Source: Candidatus Aminicenantes bacterium
Lineage (GTDB): Bacteria > Acidobacteriota > Aminicenantia > Aminicenantales > UBA8522
Assembly: GCA_037444845.1 (NCBI GenBank)
Contig: JBBILQ010000004.1
Location: forward strand, 12,745-76,744
DNA: 64,000 nt
Reading direction: 5' to 3'
Under the pieces are notes generated by a model that did no database searches, was not told the origin of the DNA, and saw only the letters and a program-made list of their open reading frames with translations. Positions 55,675-64,000 of this stretch are shown here, piece after piece; the stretch's first letter is position 1, and every line of letters begins with the position of its first letter. A program made the translations under genes and the position numbers.

Positions 55675-57889
55675 CTTTTTGGGATTCTTTGGCCTCTTCC
55701 TTGAAGCCGCATTTCTCGTCCCGGCAATAGACAGTGGTCACCCCCTTCCGGGTTTTGCGTAGAAGAACGGGCTTGCCGCAGCAAGGGCAGGCCCTGGCGA
55801 CGGGCTCGTCCCAGGTGGCAAAACGGCATTTGGGAAAACGGCTGCAGCCGTAAAATATCTTCCCCCGCCTGGTCGTCCTCCGGACGATCTTCCCGCCGCA
55901 GCCCAGGGGACAGGCCATATCGGTCTCAGCCTTTTCCGTCTTCTCTTTCTTGATGAACCGGCACTGCGGATAGTTCGAGCAGGCGACGAATTTCCCGAAC
56001 CTTCCCCGCTTTTCCTGGAGCTGGGCGCCGCACTTGGGACAGAGCTCATCCAGGTTGATCGTCTCTTTTTTGGTCAGGCTCTCTTTGTGCGTGCATTCGG
56101 GAAAACCCGAACAGGCTTTGAACCGGCCGAACCGGCCGTTCTTGATCAGCAGGGGCCGGCCGCAGCGGGGGCACTTTTCGTCAACCGGGATCCCTTTGAC
56201 GCCTTTGACTTCCCCGGCTTTGGCCAGGTCCTGGTTGAGAAGATCGTGGTACCGGCGCAGGGAGGACAGCCAATCCTGGTCGCCCTCGCTGATTTTGTCC
56301 AGCTCCTCCTCCATCCTGGCCGTGAACTTGACTTCCATCAGGTCAGCAAAATGGGCCACTAAAAAATCCGTGACAAACATTCCAAGGTCGGTCGGGATGA
56401 ACTTGCCCTTTTCCTTGATGACGTAAACACGGTCCTGAAGGGTGGCGATGATCGGCGCATACGTGCTCGGCCGGCCGATGCCTTTGGCTTCAAGCTCTCT
56501 CACCAGAGTTCCCTCAGTGTAGCGGGGCGGAGGCTGAGTGAAATTCTGTTTTGTCTCAAGCTCCAGGAGCCGGAGAGTCTCCCCTTTCTGTGCTTTGGGC
56601 AACTGCTCTTCCTCCTCCTTTTTGGAGTTGGGGAAAAGCACTAAGAAGCCGTCAAACCTGATGACTTCGCCCTTGGCCCTAAACTCCGACCGTCCGGCCC
56701 GGATCAAGAACTCGGTCTCCTCTGTGTCGGCGGCGCTCATCTGCGAGGCTAAGAAACGGTTCCAGATGAGCGTGTAGAGGTCAAATTCCTCTTTCTTGAG
56801 ATAGGGCTTGACGACATCGGGCGGCAGGTCGGGAGAGGTCGGCCGGATGGCCTCGTGAGCGTCCTGAGCCTTCCGCTTATTCTTGAACAGGCGAGATTTG
56901 GCCGGGACATAGTCTCTGGAATAGGTGACCTCGATGTGCTTTCTGGCCCAGTTGATGGCGCTATCGGAGACGCGGACAGAATCGGTCCTCATGTACGTGA
57001 TCAGCCCTACCAGGCCGCGCTCGCCGACCGGGAGGCCCTCGTAAAGCCTCTGGGCGATGGACATCGTCCTCTTTACGGGAAACTGGAGAAGCCGGAAGCT
57101 GTCCTGCTGCAGGGTGCTTGTGATATAGGGAGGGCCAGGCTGGCGTTTTTTTTGCCTGACCTTGATGTCCTCAAGGACAAAGGCCGCTGTCTTCAGCTCG
57201 GCCACGATCTCATTGGCCCTGGCTTCGTTACTGATCTTAGCCTTCTTGCCGTCTATTCGGGCGAGGTTCGCTTTGAAAGCCGGCGGGCGAGAAGCCTCAA
57301 GATGCGCGGCGACCGTCCAGTATTCCTCAGCCACGAAATTCCTGATCTCTTTTTCCCGCTCGCAGACGAGCCGCAGGGCGATCGACTGAACCCGGCCGGC
57401 GCTCAGTCCGCGGCCGATTTTTTTCCACAGGAGCGGGCTGATGAGATACCCGACCAGCCGGTCGAGAATGCGCCTGGTTTGCTGGGCCTTGATTTTGTTC
57501 TCGTCGAGGTGTCCCAGGCTCTGGAAGGCTTCTTCAACCGCCTTCTTGGTGATCTCATGGAGGAGGACGCGGCGGATGTTCGGGTTTCGCTTCTCGAGGA
57601 GGGCGCTGAGATGCCAGCAGATGGCCTCTCCCTCCCGGTCCGGGTCAGCGGCCAGGATGACGGAAGCGGAATCCGCTGCCAGCTTTTCGAGGTCGGCGAC
57701 GACCTTTTTCCGCTCGGGGATGAGGACATAACGGGGCGCAAAATCATGCTCGACATCCACGCCCAGGCTGCTTTTCGGAAGGTCGCGGACGTGCCCCATC
57801 GAGGCCTTGACGAGGTAGCCGGAGCCAAGGTAGCGGTTGATGGTCTGGGCTTTGGCCGGCGATTCGACGATCACGAGAGATCTGGACAT
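55658..57889 (-). CDS. topA: DNA topoisomerase I with C-terminal zinc-ribbon repeats
   Basis: MSRSLVIVESPAKAQTI Toprim N-terminus; catalytic-Tyr region; multiple C4 zinc fingers at the C-terminus. Confidence 0.9.
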   Translation of the reverse strand: MSRSLVIVESPAKAQTINRYLGSGYLVKASMGHVRDLPKSSLGVDVEHDFAPRYVLIPERKKVVADLEKLAADSASVILAADPDREGEAICWHLSALLEKRNPNIRRVLLHEITKKAVEEAFQSLGHLDENKIKAQQTRRILDRLVGYLISPLLWKKIGRGLSAGRVQSIALRLVCEREKEIRNFVAEEYWTVAAHLEASRPPAFKANLARIDGKKAKISNEARANEIVAELKTAAFVLEDIKVRQKKRQPGPPYITSTLQQDSFRLLQFPVKRTMSIAQRLYEGLPVGERGLVGLITYMRTDSVRVSDSAINWARKHIEVTYSRDYVPAKSRLFKNKRKAQDAHEAIRPTSPDLPPDVVKPYLKKEEFDLYTLIWNRFLASQMSAADTEETEFLIRAGRSEFRAKGEVIRFDGFLVLFPNSKKEEEEQLPKAQKGETLRLLELETKQNFTQPPPRYTEGTLVRELEAKGIGRPSTYAPIIATLQDRVYVIKEKGKFIPTDLGMFVTDFLVAHFADLMEVKFTARMEEELDKISEGDQDWLSSLRRYHDLLNQDLAKAGEVKGVKGIPVDEKCPRCGRPLLIKNGRFGRFKACSGFPECTHKESLTKKETINLDELCPKCGAQLQEKRGRFGKFVACSNYPQCRFIKKEKTEKAETDMACPLGCGGKIVRRTTRRGKIFYGCSRFPKCRFATWDEPVARACPCCGKPVLLRKTRKGVTTVYCRDEKCGFKEEAKESQKDEART

Positions 57890-59035
57890 TTAGAGACTCC
57901 TCTGAAAATACTTCCCGGGGACTTGATGGACGAGTCCCTTGAGCTCGAGGCCGAGAAGGATGGCTAAGATTTCGGACACTGAGGCGGTCGTCGCCTCGGC
58001 CAGCTCATCTATATGAGTGACCTCGTCCGTCTTGAGGTGATCAACAATCATCTTCTCCTCAGTGCTCAGTTCCGGCATTTTCTCTTTTTCCTCCTCCTTG
58101 CGAGCGAGAAACTTCTCCCGCAGGGGCAACGAGAATTCTTCTACCACATCTTCCCATGTTTCCACAAGCTTGGCGCCCGATTTGATGAGCCAGTGGCAGC
58201 CTCGACTGAGGCCGGAGGTGACGTTTCCGGGCACGGCCATCACTTCGCGATCCTGCTCCAGGGCCAGCCGTGCCGTGATGAGCGAACCGCTCCGGCCGGT
58301 CGCCTCGACAACCACGACGGCCAGAGAAAGGCCGCTGATGATACGGTTCCGGAGGGGGAAGTGAAAAGCGAAAGGTGGCATCGCCGGAGGAAACTCGGAG
58401 ACGACGGCCCCGCGGTCGACAATCTTACGAAACAGGGGTTTATTTTCCCGGGGATAGATATTGTCGAGCCCAGATCCCAAGACCGCGACGGTCCTCCCCT
58501 CTGCAAGCGCTCCCCAGTGGGCGATCGAATCGATCCCCAAGGCCATCCCGCTCACCACGACAAGGCCGCGAGCCGCCAAATCCTTAGCGAGCCTCTCGGC
58601 AACAGCCCGGCCGTACGGAGTCGGCCGGCGGGCGCCGACGACGGCGACAGACGGTTCTTTCAGGACTTCCGGGTTTCCCGCGCCGTAAAGAAGGTAAGGC
58701 GGGTCGAAGATTTCCCGCAAGGTTTCAGGGTAGTCCGGACTATCCGGGGTGATCAAGAAATAGCCCTTTTTGGAGACCCAGTCGAGAACCCGGCCGGCCT
58801 GGTCAAAAATGGCTGGAGAAGTGAGCGCTCTGGCTTTTTCTTCTTCCAGCCCGAGGACCGTGAGATGCGAGGGAGAGGCGTGGAAAATGTCCTCGAGGCT
58901 GGCAAAATGGTTGATAATTTTCTGGGCCGGACCGAGGCTGTCGGAAAGGACGAGGTTCAAGCCCACTCGAAAAAGGAGGCTTTCAGCATCGCCCCTGAAT
59001 AATTTTCCCTGGGAGTGTCCTTTCCCTCGTCGCAT
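57890..59035 (-). CDS. dprA: DNA processing protein DprA/Smf
   Basis: Rossmann-like core VVSGMALGIDSIAH...VLGSGLDNIYP. Confidence 0.85.
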   Translation of the reverse strand: MRRGKGHSQGKLFRGDAESLLFRVGLNLVLSDSLGPAQKIINHFASLEDIFHASPSHLTVLGLEEEKARALTSPAIFDQAGRVLDWVSKKGYFLITPDSPDYPETLREIFDPPYLLYGAGNPEVLKEPSVAVVGARRPTPYGRAVAERLAKDLAARGLVVVSGMALGIDSIAHWGALAEGRTVAVLGSGLDNIYPRENKPLFRKIVDRGAVVSEFPPAMPPFAFHFPLRNRIISGLSLAVVVVEATGRSGSLITARLALEQDREVMAVPGNVTSGLSRGCHWLIKSGAKLVETWEDVVEEFSLPLREKFLARKEEEKEKMPELSTEEKMIVDHLKTDEVTHIDELAEATTASVSEILAILLGLELKGLVHQVPGKYFQRSL

Positions 59036-59288
59036 GATCGTGTTTTCCAGCCCAAACGGCCGCCTCTATTCAAGACGACTGACCCCGCCTCTTCTTTCTC
59101 AGCCTCTGGAGCATCAACCCTGATGAAAATACTCTAAGTATGAATATAAAGACTTGGATGAGCGCCTAATTATTGACTGGTAATCCATTCCATCTGAGGC
59201 GGAAGCGTTCCCAGTGAGATGAATTGAAAGACATCCCTTAAGATCCCAATAGTCTGGGGGATATTGTCATAGGCGAGTTTTCTATTAA

Positions 59289-59442
59289 CCTGGACTATTC
59301 ACGAAATGAAAGGAAAAAATCCCCTCTCCCCATGTGGGAGAGGGTCGGGGTGAGGGGGATCATTCAAAGATTCCCCCTCCCCTCTATCCCCTCCCCCCAG
59401 GGGAGGGGCCTGCTTTCTGGCATAATTCGTGAATAGGTCAGG
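59289..59442 (+). mobile_element. MITE-A copy 3 (154 bp) flanked by TTAA / TTAG
   Basis: Identical architecture to copies 1 and 2; intergenic between dprA and the nucleotidyltransferase gene. Confidence 0.85.
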
Positions 59443-59714
59443 TTAGATAAGTTTTAAGCATTCATCCCTGCTGGCATCGATAAGGAGTATAAACCGGCAG
59501 CTCGGAAAGCGTCAAGTTGCCGGAGAAGGAATTGGTTCTTGGTTGTACCAGATCTATATAAAACGTCATAAATAGTCGGGCGCAATTTTAGGCGTTATCA
59601 CTCCTGCCTTTATGGATAGATCACGTTGGTGAAGAAGTAAACTGGCGCCTTCGAAGGCAGTTCCTTATTCGAAAATGATAGCAACACAGGGTCCTGCCGA
59701 ATTTTCGCCTTGCT

Positions 59715-60341
59715 TTGGGCTTGTCCCAATGGGTGAGAACTGTTATTATTTACGGCGTCATGAAGGCCGAAGAAATAAAAAAAATTCTTCAGCGAGCAGA
59801 GTCACCGCTGAAAAAACAGCTTCTCCTTGTCGCATTGATCAGCCGCACGCTCGAGGATCGGGGCAAGGACACGCCAGTCGTCATCGGCGGTTGCGCTCTT
59901 TCATACTATACGCGGGAGGTATATTTTACGGCTGACATAGACCTTGCTTATGCCGACAGGAAAGCTCTGAATGCAGTGCTCAGGGAGTTCGGGTTTTCGA
60001 AGAGAGGTAGGTACTGGGTCAGCCATGATCTGGATATGGCCGTCGAGGCTCCTGTCTCAACACTGGCCGGAGAAGATTCTCCCATCGAGGTTGTCGAGTT
60101 CGACGAAGGCTGGCGGTGCAAGATACTCGGACTCGAGGATTTGATCATCGATCGCATGAACGCCTGCAAACACTGGAAATCGGAAATCGATTGCGAGATG
60201 GTCGAACTTCTACTGAGAAAGTATGGAAAGGAGGTTGATTGGAGCTATTTGAAGACGAAAGCCGCTCTGCCGGAAAATGACCTTCTCCCGGAACTGACAA
60301 CGCTAAGAACAAAAACACGCCGAAGCAAGAGAAAGAGATGA
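59715..60341 (+). CDS. Predicted nucleotidyltransferase (Pol-beta superfamily minimal NTase fold)
   Basis: VVIGGCAL...TADIDLA (G[GS]-x(n)-DxD NTase motif). The true start may be MKAEEIKK at 59760. Confidence 0.45.
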   Translation: MGLSQWVRTVIIYGVMKAEEIKKILQRAESPLKKQLLLVALISRTLEDRGKDTPVVIGGCALSYYTREVYFTADIDLAYADRKALNAVLREFGFSKRGRYWVSHDLDMAVEAPVSTLAGEDSPIEVVEFDEGWRCKILGLEDLIIDRMNACKHWKSEIDCEMVELLLRKYGKEVDWSYLKTKAALPENDLLPELTTLRTKTRRSKRKR

Positions 60342-60365
60342 TTTTAAAGCGAGAACCTTAGGGGA

Positions 60366-60581
60366 ATGAGAGCGAGAGAAAAAAAGTATAAAGAAACTTC
60401 GCCTCTGGAATTCCTTCTCCTCAGGGATAGGTGGGGTCTGAGTAGGTATAGAAAAAGTCGGAGAAGGGACCCTCTAAAGCTTAAAATTCTGACCAAGCTA
60501 GCCCTAGAAAAGATGGAGAAAAAGGAAAAGGATGATTTTATCCTGGTTGAGTACCGGAGGCGGAAATTAAAACTTCTCTGA
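60366..60581 (+). CDS. Small, highly basic hypothetical protein (71 aa)
   Basis: ORF only; follows the NTase gene on the same strand. Confidence 0.2.
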   Translation: MRAREKKYKETSPLEFLLLRDRWGLSRYRKSRRRDPLKLKILTKLALEKMEKKEKDDFILVEYRRRKLKLL

Positions 60582-60655
60582 CCCGGCCCTGTCATGGAAT
60601 TCTTGATACCTTTTCGAGGTCTGATTTACCGTTCTCCAATTGTTCTGATGTCACG

Positions 60656-61966
60656 TTATTTCCCAAGGAGAATCGAGCTGCCGGTGAAGAATGTGCCGGC
60701 CACAGCGCCGGTCATCAAGCCGACCAGGGTGGCAGCAAGAAGGGCCCTGAAGCCCAAGCGCGACAGGTCCTTGGTGCGGGTAGGGGCCAGAGCGCCGATC
60801 CCGCCGACAAAGATGGCCAGCGAAGCGACGTGGGCGAAGCCGCATAGAGCATAGGAGGCAATGAGGCCCGAGCGCGGGTGAACTAGCGTGCCTTGGGCCA
60901 GCAACCGGGCTAGGTCCTTGTAAGAGGCAACTTCGGTGGCCACGACCCTCTCGCCGATGATCCTGGCGATAGAAAGAGCATCGGCCGGCGGAATGCCGAT
61001 GACGAGGGCAAACGGGTAAAAAATGTAGCCCAACAGCGCTCTGAACGACCATTCCTGGGTCCAGCCGAACCAGCTATTCAGGTAGCCGCCAAACCAGCCC
61101 AGGGCGAGGTCTAACAGGGCCAGGATTCCCAGGAAAGCCAGGAGCAGGGTGATGATTCCGCCCAGCAGCCTCAACCCGTTCCAGGCGCCGTTGATGATCG
61201 CCAGGATGAGATTGTCTTCTTTTTCGTAATGGGGCTTGATATCCAGCCCCAGAGTCTTCGGCGTCTCCGTCTCGGGCATCAACAACTTGGAGATGACCAA
61301 CGTCGCCGGTGCGGCCAGGAAAGAGGCAGAGACGAGGTGGCCGGCGATGGTCGGAATTTCATTATGGAGTAAAAAAACATAGACGGCCAGCACGGTCGAA
61401 GCGATGGTGGACATCCCGGCCGTGAGGATGGTCGTGAGCTCGGAGCGCGTCATTTCCGCGAGATACGGCCTGATGACAAGCGAGGATTCGACGCCGACAA
61501 AAATTTCGCTCGAGACGCACAGAGCTTCTGCGCCGCTGACCCTCATCAACTTGGTGAAAACCCGGGCGAAGAGCCGGACGAAAAAAGGCATAATACCCAG
61601 GAAGTAGAGGGCGCCGACGAGGCCGGCGAAAAAGATGACCGTGGACAGGCCCTGGAAGGCTAAGATGCTGCCCAGGGAAGCCTCGCCGGCCTCGCCCGTC
61701 GTCCCTGGAGGAATGGCCAGCACGCCAAAGACGAAACGTGTCCCGGCCGAGGCGCTGTCTAACACGGTGACGACGATCCGGTTTACGAAAAGGAAAGCTT
61801 TGGTACCGACGGGAAGGACAAAAATGAAAAAAGCGAACAGGAATTGAAGCCCGATTCCCCAGAAAACGACGCGCCAGTTGACAATCCTCCTTTTAGCCGA
61901 GAGAAGCCAGGCGAAAGCGGCCAGGATGAAGATGCCGGCAAAACTCACCGCGTTATAAGCGTCCAT
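60656..61966 (-). CDS. nupC: Concentrative nucleoside transporter (NupC/CNT family)
   Basis: Multi-TM; CNT-family N-terminal region and C-terminal GFAH...GGIGALAP region. Confidence 0.8.
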   Translation of the reverse strand: MDAYNAVSFAGIFILAAFAWLLSAKRRIVNWRVVFWGIGLQFLFAFFIFVLPVGTKAFLFVNRIVVTVLDSASAGTRFVFGVLAIPPGTTGEAGEASLGSILAFQGLSTVIFFAGLVGALYFLGIMPFFVRLFARVFTKLMRVSGAEALCVSSEIFVGVESSLVIRPYLAEMTRSELTTILTAGMSTIASTVLAVYVFLLHNEIPTIAGHLVSASFLAAPATLVISKLLMPETETPKTLGLDIKPHYEKEDNLILAIINGAWNGLRLLGGIITLLLAFLGILALLDLALGWFGGYLNSWFGWTQEWSFRALLGYIFYPFALVIGIPPADALSIARIIGERVVATEVASYKDLARLLAQGTLVHPRSGLIASYALCGFAHVASLAIFVGGIGALAPTRTKDLSRLGFRALLAATLVGLMTGAVAGTFFTGSSILLGK

Positions 61967-62203
61967 GTGACCTTCCTTCCCGCCGATATCTTAAGTGGCA
62001 TGAGAACGGGTCCTGTCCCGGCGCGAGCTTCTCGACCCCAGCGTGGCGCGCGCCCGGCCGGACCCGGACGGTCAGCAATGTTTTCTCCTTCTTCCCGCCC
62101 GCTTCTTTTCTCTCCATGGTGGATTCCCGGCGGCGACGCCAATATCGCAATTTACTATAAATGGAGCAATTTCTATCGCGATGTCATTTTACACAAATTC
62201 GCA

Positions 62204-62243
62204 GATAGAATCACCCGGCGGGTCCTGTCGCGGTTCACCCCCG
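62204..62243. promoter_or_regulatory. Conserved 40-nt motif D, copy 2, in the long 5' leader of nupC
   Basis: gatagaatcacccggcgggtcctgtcgcggttcacccccg; 37/40 identical to 2718..2757. A third GGGTCCTGTC occurrence lies at about 62008. Confidence 0.4.
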
Positions 62244-62358
62244 AACCACGCCACCCATCGGGTGTAATCCCTGTCATGCTCATTTAGTGGCAAAGCAAAC
62301 GCTTTTGTTGGTGAAAATTCCCAAAAGGCAATTTCGGGGTGCTTTCCGGTGTTTTTTG

Positions 62359-62682
62359 TTAGAATGGGGGACGCGCGGTCGCAAGCAGGCGTTTAGCGTA
62401 GTGAGCGAGCGATCCGACAAGAAAAGAATCGACGAAAACAATGACCAGAGCGACGATGATGGGGCTGACGTCAATTCCTCCCAGGTTGCGGGGCGGGACG
62501 AGGCGACGGAAAGGCCGGAGCACGGGCTCGGTCAGCCGGTAGAGGACGAGGATGACCGGGTAAAGAGAGGGGACGTTGACCCAGGAGAGAACAGCCCGGA
62601 TGATGACGACCCACAGATAGAGCATCAGGACAAGATGGAGAATCTTCGCAACGGCAGCCAGAAAATTCCCGAAGAGGATCAC
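62359..62682 (-). CDS. yggT: YggT-family membrane protein
   Basis: LYLWVVIIRAVLSWV and LYRLTEPVLRPFRR, the YggT signature. Confidence 0.75.
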   Translation of the reverse strand: MILFGNFLAAVAKILHLVLMLYLWVVIIRAVLSWVNVPSLYPVILVLYRLTEPVLRPFRRLVPPRNLGGIDVSPIIVALVIVFVDSFLVGSLAHYAKRLLATARPPF

Positions 62683-62691
62683 CTCACGGTC

Positions 62692-63471
62692 TCAGCGGAG
62701 GATGTCTTTGTATTTATTAAAGAGCTCTTTGAGCTGCTCTTTGGTGATGATGTAGCCGGTCAAGTAGAGGGAAAGCGTGGAGCGCATCGGGTCGTTGGAT
62801 TTGATCAGGATGTACTCCCTGACCGTGCCCGACCTTTCCTGAGTGGGAATCCTGGCTTCAAGAGTCGTTTCTTTTCTCGCCGCGATTTTCAGAGGCGAGG
62901 GAGCGGGTTTTCCTCCCAGGAAAAAGGAGGCGTTGCGGTGGTTGAACTCGACCCTCAGCTCGAGCTCACCCTTGTTCATGATCTTCAGGGAGGCGCGCAA
63001 CTCGTCCCCGGCCAAGACGAGCCCTCCATCATAGTTATAGGGGTCAACTTCTATCTTCGGCGCCGGAGGGACCTCGATATCGGCTGAAACCTCAAGCTGC
63101 ACCCGCGCCTGACCCGGGTCGTTTGAATCGACAAAGATGTGCTTGCTGACCCTATTTCCGAAGCCCCGGGTGTCAAACTTGACCTCGATCTTTCCCTGTT
63201 TGCCGGGAGCCAGTTTCTCATCCGAGACGAGCGCTGCCGTGCAGCCGCAGGAAGTGGAGACTTTCTTGATGACGAGAGTTGAATCGCCCTCGTTGGCGAA
63301 AACAAACTCATGAGAGAGGATGTCACCCTGCTTGACCTTGCCGAAATCCCTGGCCAGCTCCTTGAATTTTATCCGGGGCTCGCCGGCCCGAAGAGCGGAG
63401 CTCCCAAGGAAAAGCAGCAAGACAAGGCCTGTTAAGGCCACGGCCTGTGTTCCTGCGTGATGCCTTTTCAT
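62692..63471 (-). CDS. Secreted DUF1573-domain protein (two repeats)
   Basis: Start chosen at MKRHHAGT with RBS AAGGAGG; signal peptide; FGKVKQGD...TSCGCT DUF1573 hallmark. Confidence 0.7.
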   Translation of the reverse strand: MKRHHAGTQAVALTGLVLLLFLGSSALRAGEPRIKFKELARDFGKVKQGDILSHEFVFANEGDSTLVIKKVSTSCGCTAALVSDEKLAPGKQGKIEVKFDTRGFGNRVSKHIFVDSNDPGQARVQLEVSADIEVPPAPKIEVDPYNYDGGLVLAGDELRASLKIMNKGELELRVEFNHRNASFFLGGKPAPSPLKIAARKETTLEARIPTQERSGTVREYILIKSNDPMRSTLSLYLTGYIITKEQLKELFNKYKDILR

Positions 63472-63622
63472 AGCTCCTCCTTGCTTTAAAGAATGTACAC
63501 TTTTTTGTCGGAATTGGCAAGCAAAAGGCGACGGGCGCGGTTTTCGCAGAAGGCCATTTCTGACGATAGTCCCGGTTGACCGCTGCTTAATTTTTATTGA
63601 AATCGGCCGAGGTTTTGATATC

Positions 63623-64000
63623 ATGAATACACATGAAATGAGAGACAAATACCGTCAAAGAATGAGCGGAAAGGATGAAAAGGTTATTATCCTGGGCATC
63701 CTGGTCTTTTTTGGCGCAGTGAGACTCCAGGGAGAGACAATAAAACTCAGGGTCACGGCCGAGCAGGCCAATATCCGCGAAAGGCCTGACATCACCAGCG
63801 CCATCCTTCTCCAGGTCAACGAAGGAAGCCTTTTAGAAGCAGATAAAAAAGAGGGAGAGTGGTATGCCGTGCGGGTCGAGCAGGAGGGCGGAATGCTCAT
63901 CAACGGCTACGTGCACGAAAGCCTGGTCGCGGTCTTGGAGCTGCCCAGGCCCGAAGAAAAGGCCGCTCCCATCCTGGAAAAGCCGGTCTTAGAAAAACCG
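63623..64000 (+). CDS. Secreted SH3b-like domain protein, partial (runs off the window end)
   Basis: Manual translation: MSGKDEKVIILGILVFFGAV...ANIRERPDITSAILLQVNEGSLLEADKKEGEWYAVRV, the bacterial SH3 pattern. Confidence 0.45.
   Translation, partial: MNTHEMRDKYRQRMSGKDEKVIILGILVFFGAVRLQGETIKLRVTAEQANIRERPDITSAILLQVNEGSLLEADKKEGEWYAVRVEQEGGMLINGYVHESLVAVLELPRPEEKAAPILEKPVLEKP

Noticed and set aside
56855-59002. Long plus-strand ORFs (370 aa and 329 aa) opposite topA and dprA
   Set aside because: GC-rich antisense frames without motifs. topA and dprA are strongly supported.
62287-63087. 266-aa plus-strand ORF
   Set aside because: Antisense to the yggT and DUF1573 genes. Asp/Glu-rich and low-complexity.
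1-64000. CRISPR arrays, rRNA and tRNA genes
   Set aside because: No regularly spaced direct repeats with unique spacers. No cloverleaf-capable 70-90-nt segments or rRNA-like conserved blocks were recognised on either strand.

Overview
This is a GC-rich chromosomal segment that looks like an anaerobic, deltaproteobacterium-like organism (sulfate reducer or syntroph). It is dominated by hydrogen and electron-bifurcation metabolism.

Main gene blocks, in order:
- 1-2660: a sigma-54 response regulator (partial at the window edge) and a PAS histidine kinase.
- 2661-7445: an accessory island. It holds an Lrp/AsnC-like protein, a decayed hdrA'-'mvhD fusion remnant, an AAA+ ATPase, and a BglII-like type II restriction-modification system whose endonuclease gene is split by a miniature inverted-repeat element.
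- 7446-17647 (minus strand): a large operon encoding an NAD(P)H-linked Hdr-type flavin-based bifurcating complex, with several unusual domain fusions.
- 17983-20847: a divergent mvhDGA operon (Mvh-type NiFe hydrogenase).
- 21252-24579: a kinase and sigma-54 activator pair, followed by a strong sigma-54 promoter with an upstream palindrome.
- 24972-29623: a sulfhydrogenase-like hydBGDA operon (group 3b NiFe hydrogenase). Its large subunit is fused in frame to a maturation endopeptidase domain.
- 29849-33562: a second sigma-54 promoter with a related palindrome, driving two CheY-like receivers, a hybrid kinase, hycI, hypB and hypA.
- 33559-38505 (minus strand): a second Hdr module, hdrC-hdrB-hdrL.
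- 39088-64000: housekeeping genes, including NAD-glutamate dehydrogenase, pstSCAB, an Rrf2 regulator, an S9 peptidase, a methyltransferase, a UbiA prenyltransferase, mgtC, rdgB, comEA, two PurM-like genes, xerC, topA, dprA, a nucleotidyltransferase, nupC, yggT, a DUF1573 protein and a partial SH3b protein.

Four families of non-coding repeats stand out:
- MITE-A: about 154 bp, three copies, with a 4-bp TA-centred target-site duplication. One copy is nested inside another repeat and one disrupts the restriction endonuclease.
- Repeat B: about 122 nt, two copies, with a cloverleaf-like fold. Compensatory base changes and G-U pairs point to a plus-strand structured RNA preceded by a TATAAT box.
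- Repeat C: palindromic REP-like elements.
- Motif D: a 40-nt motif in two 5' leader regions.

No CRISPR array, rRNA or convincing tRNA was seen.
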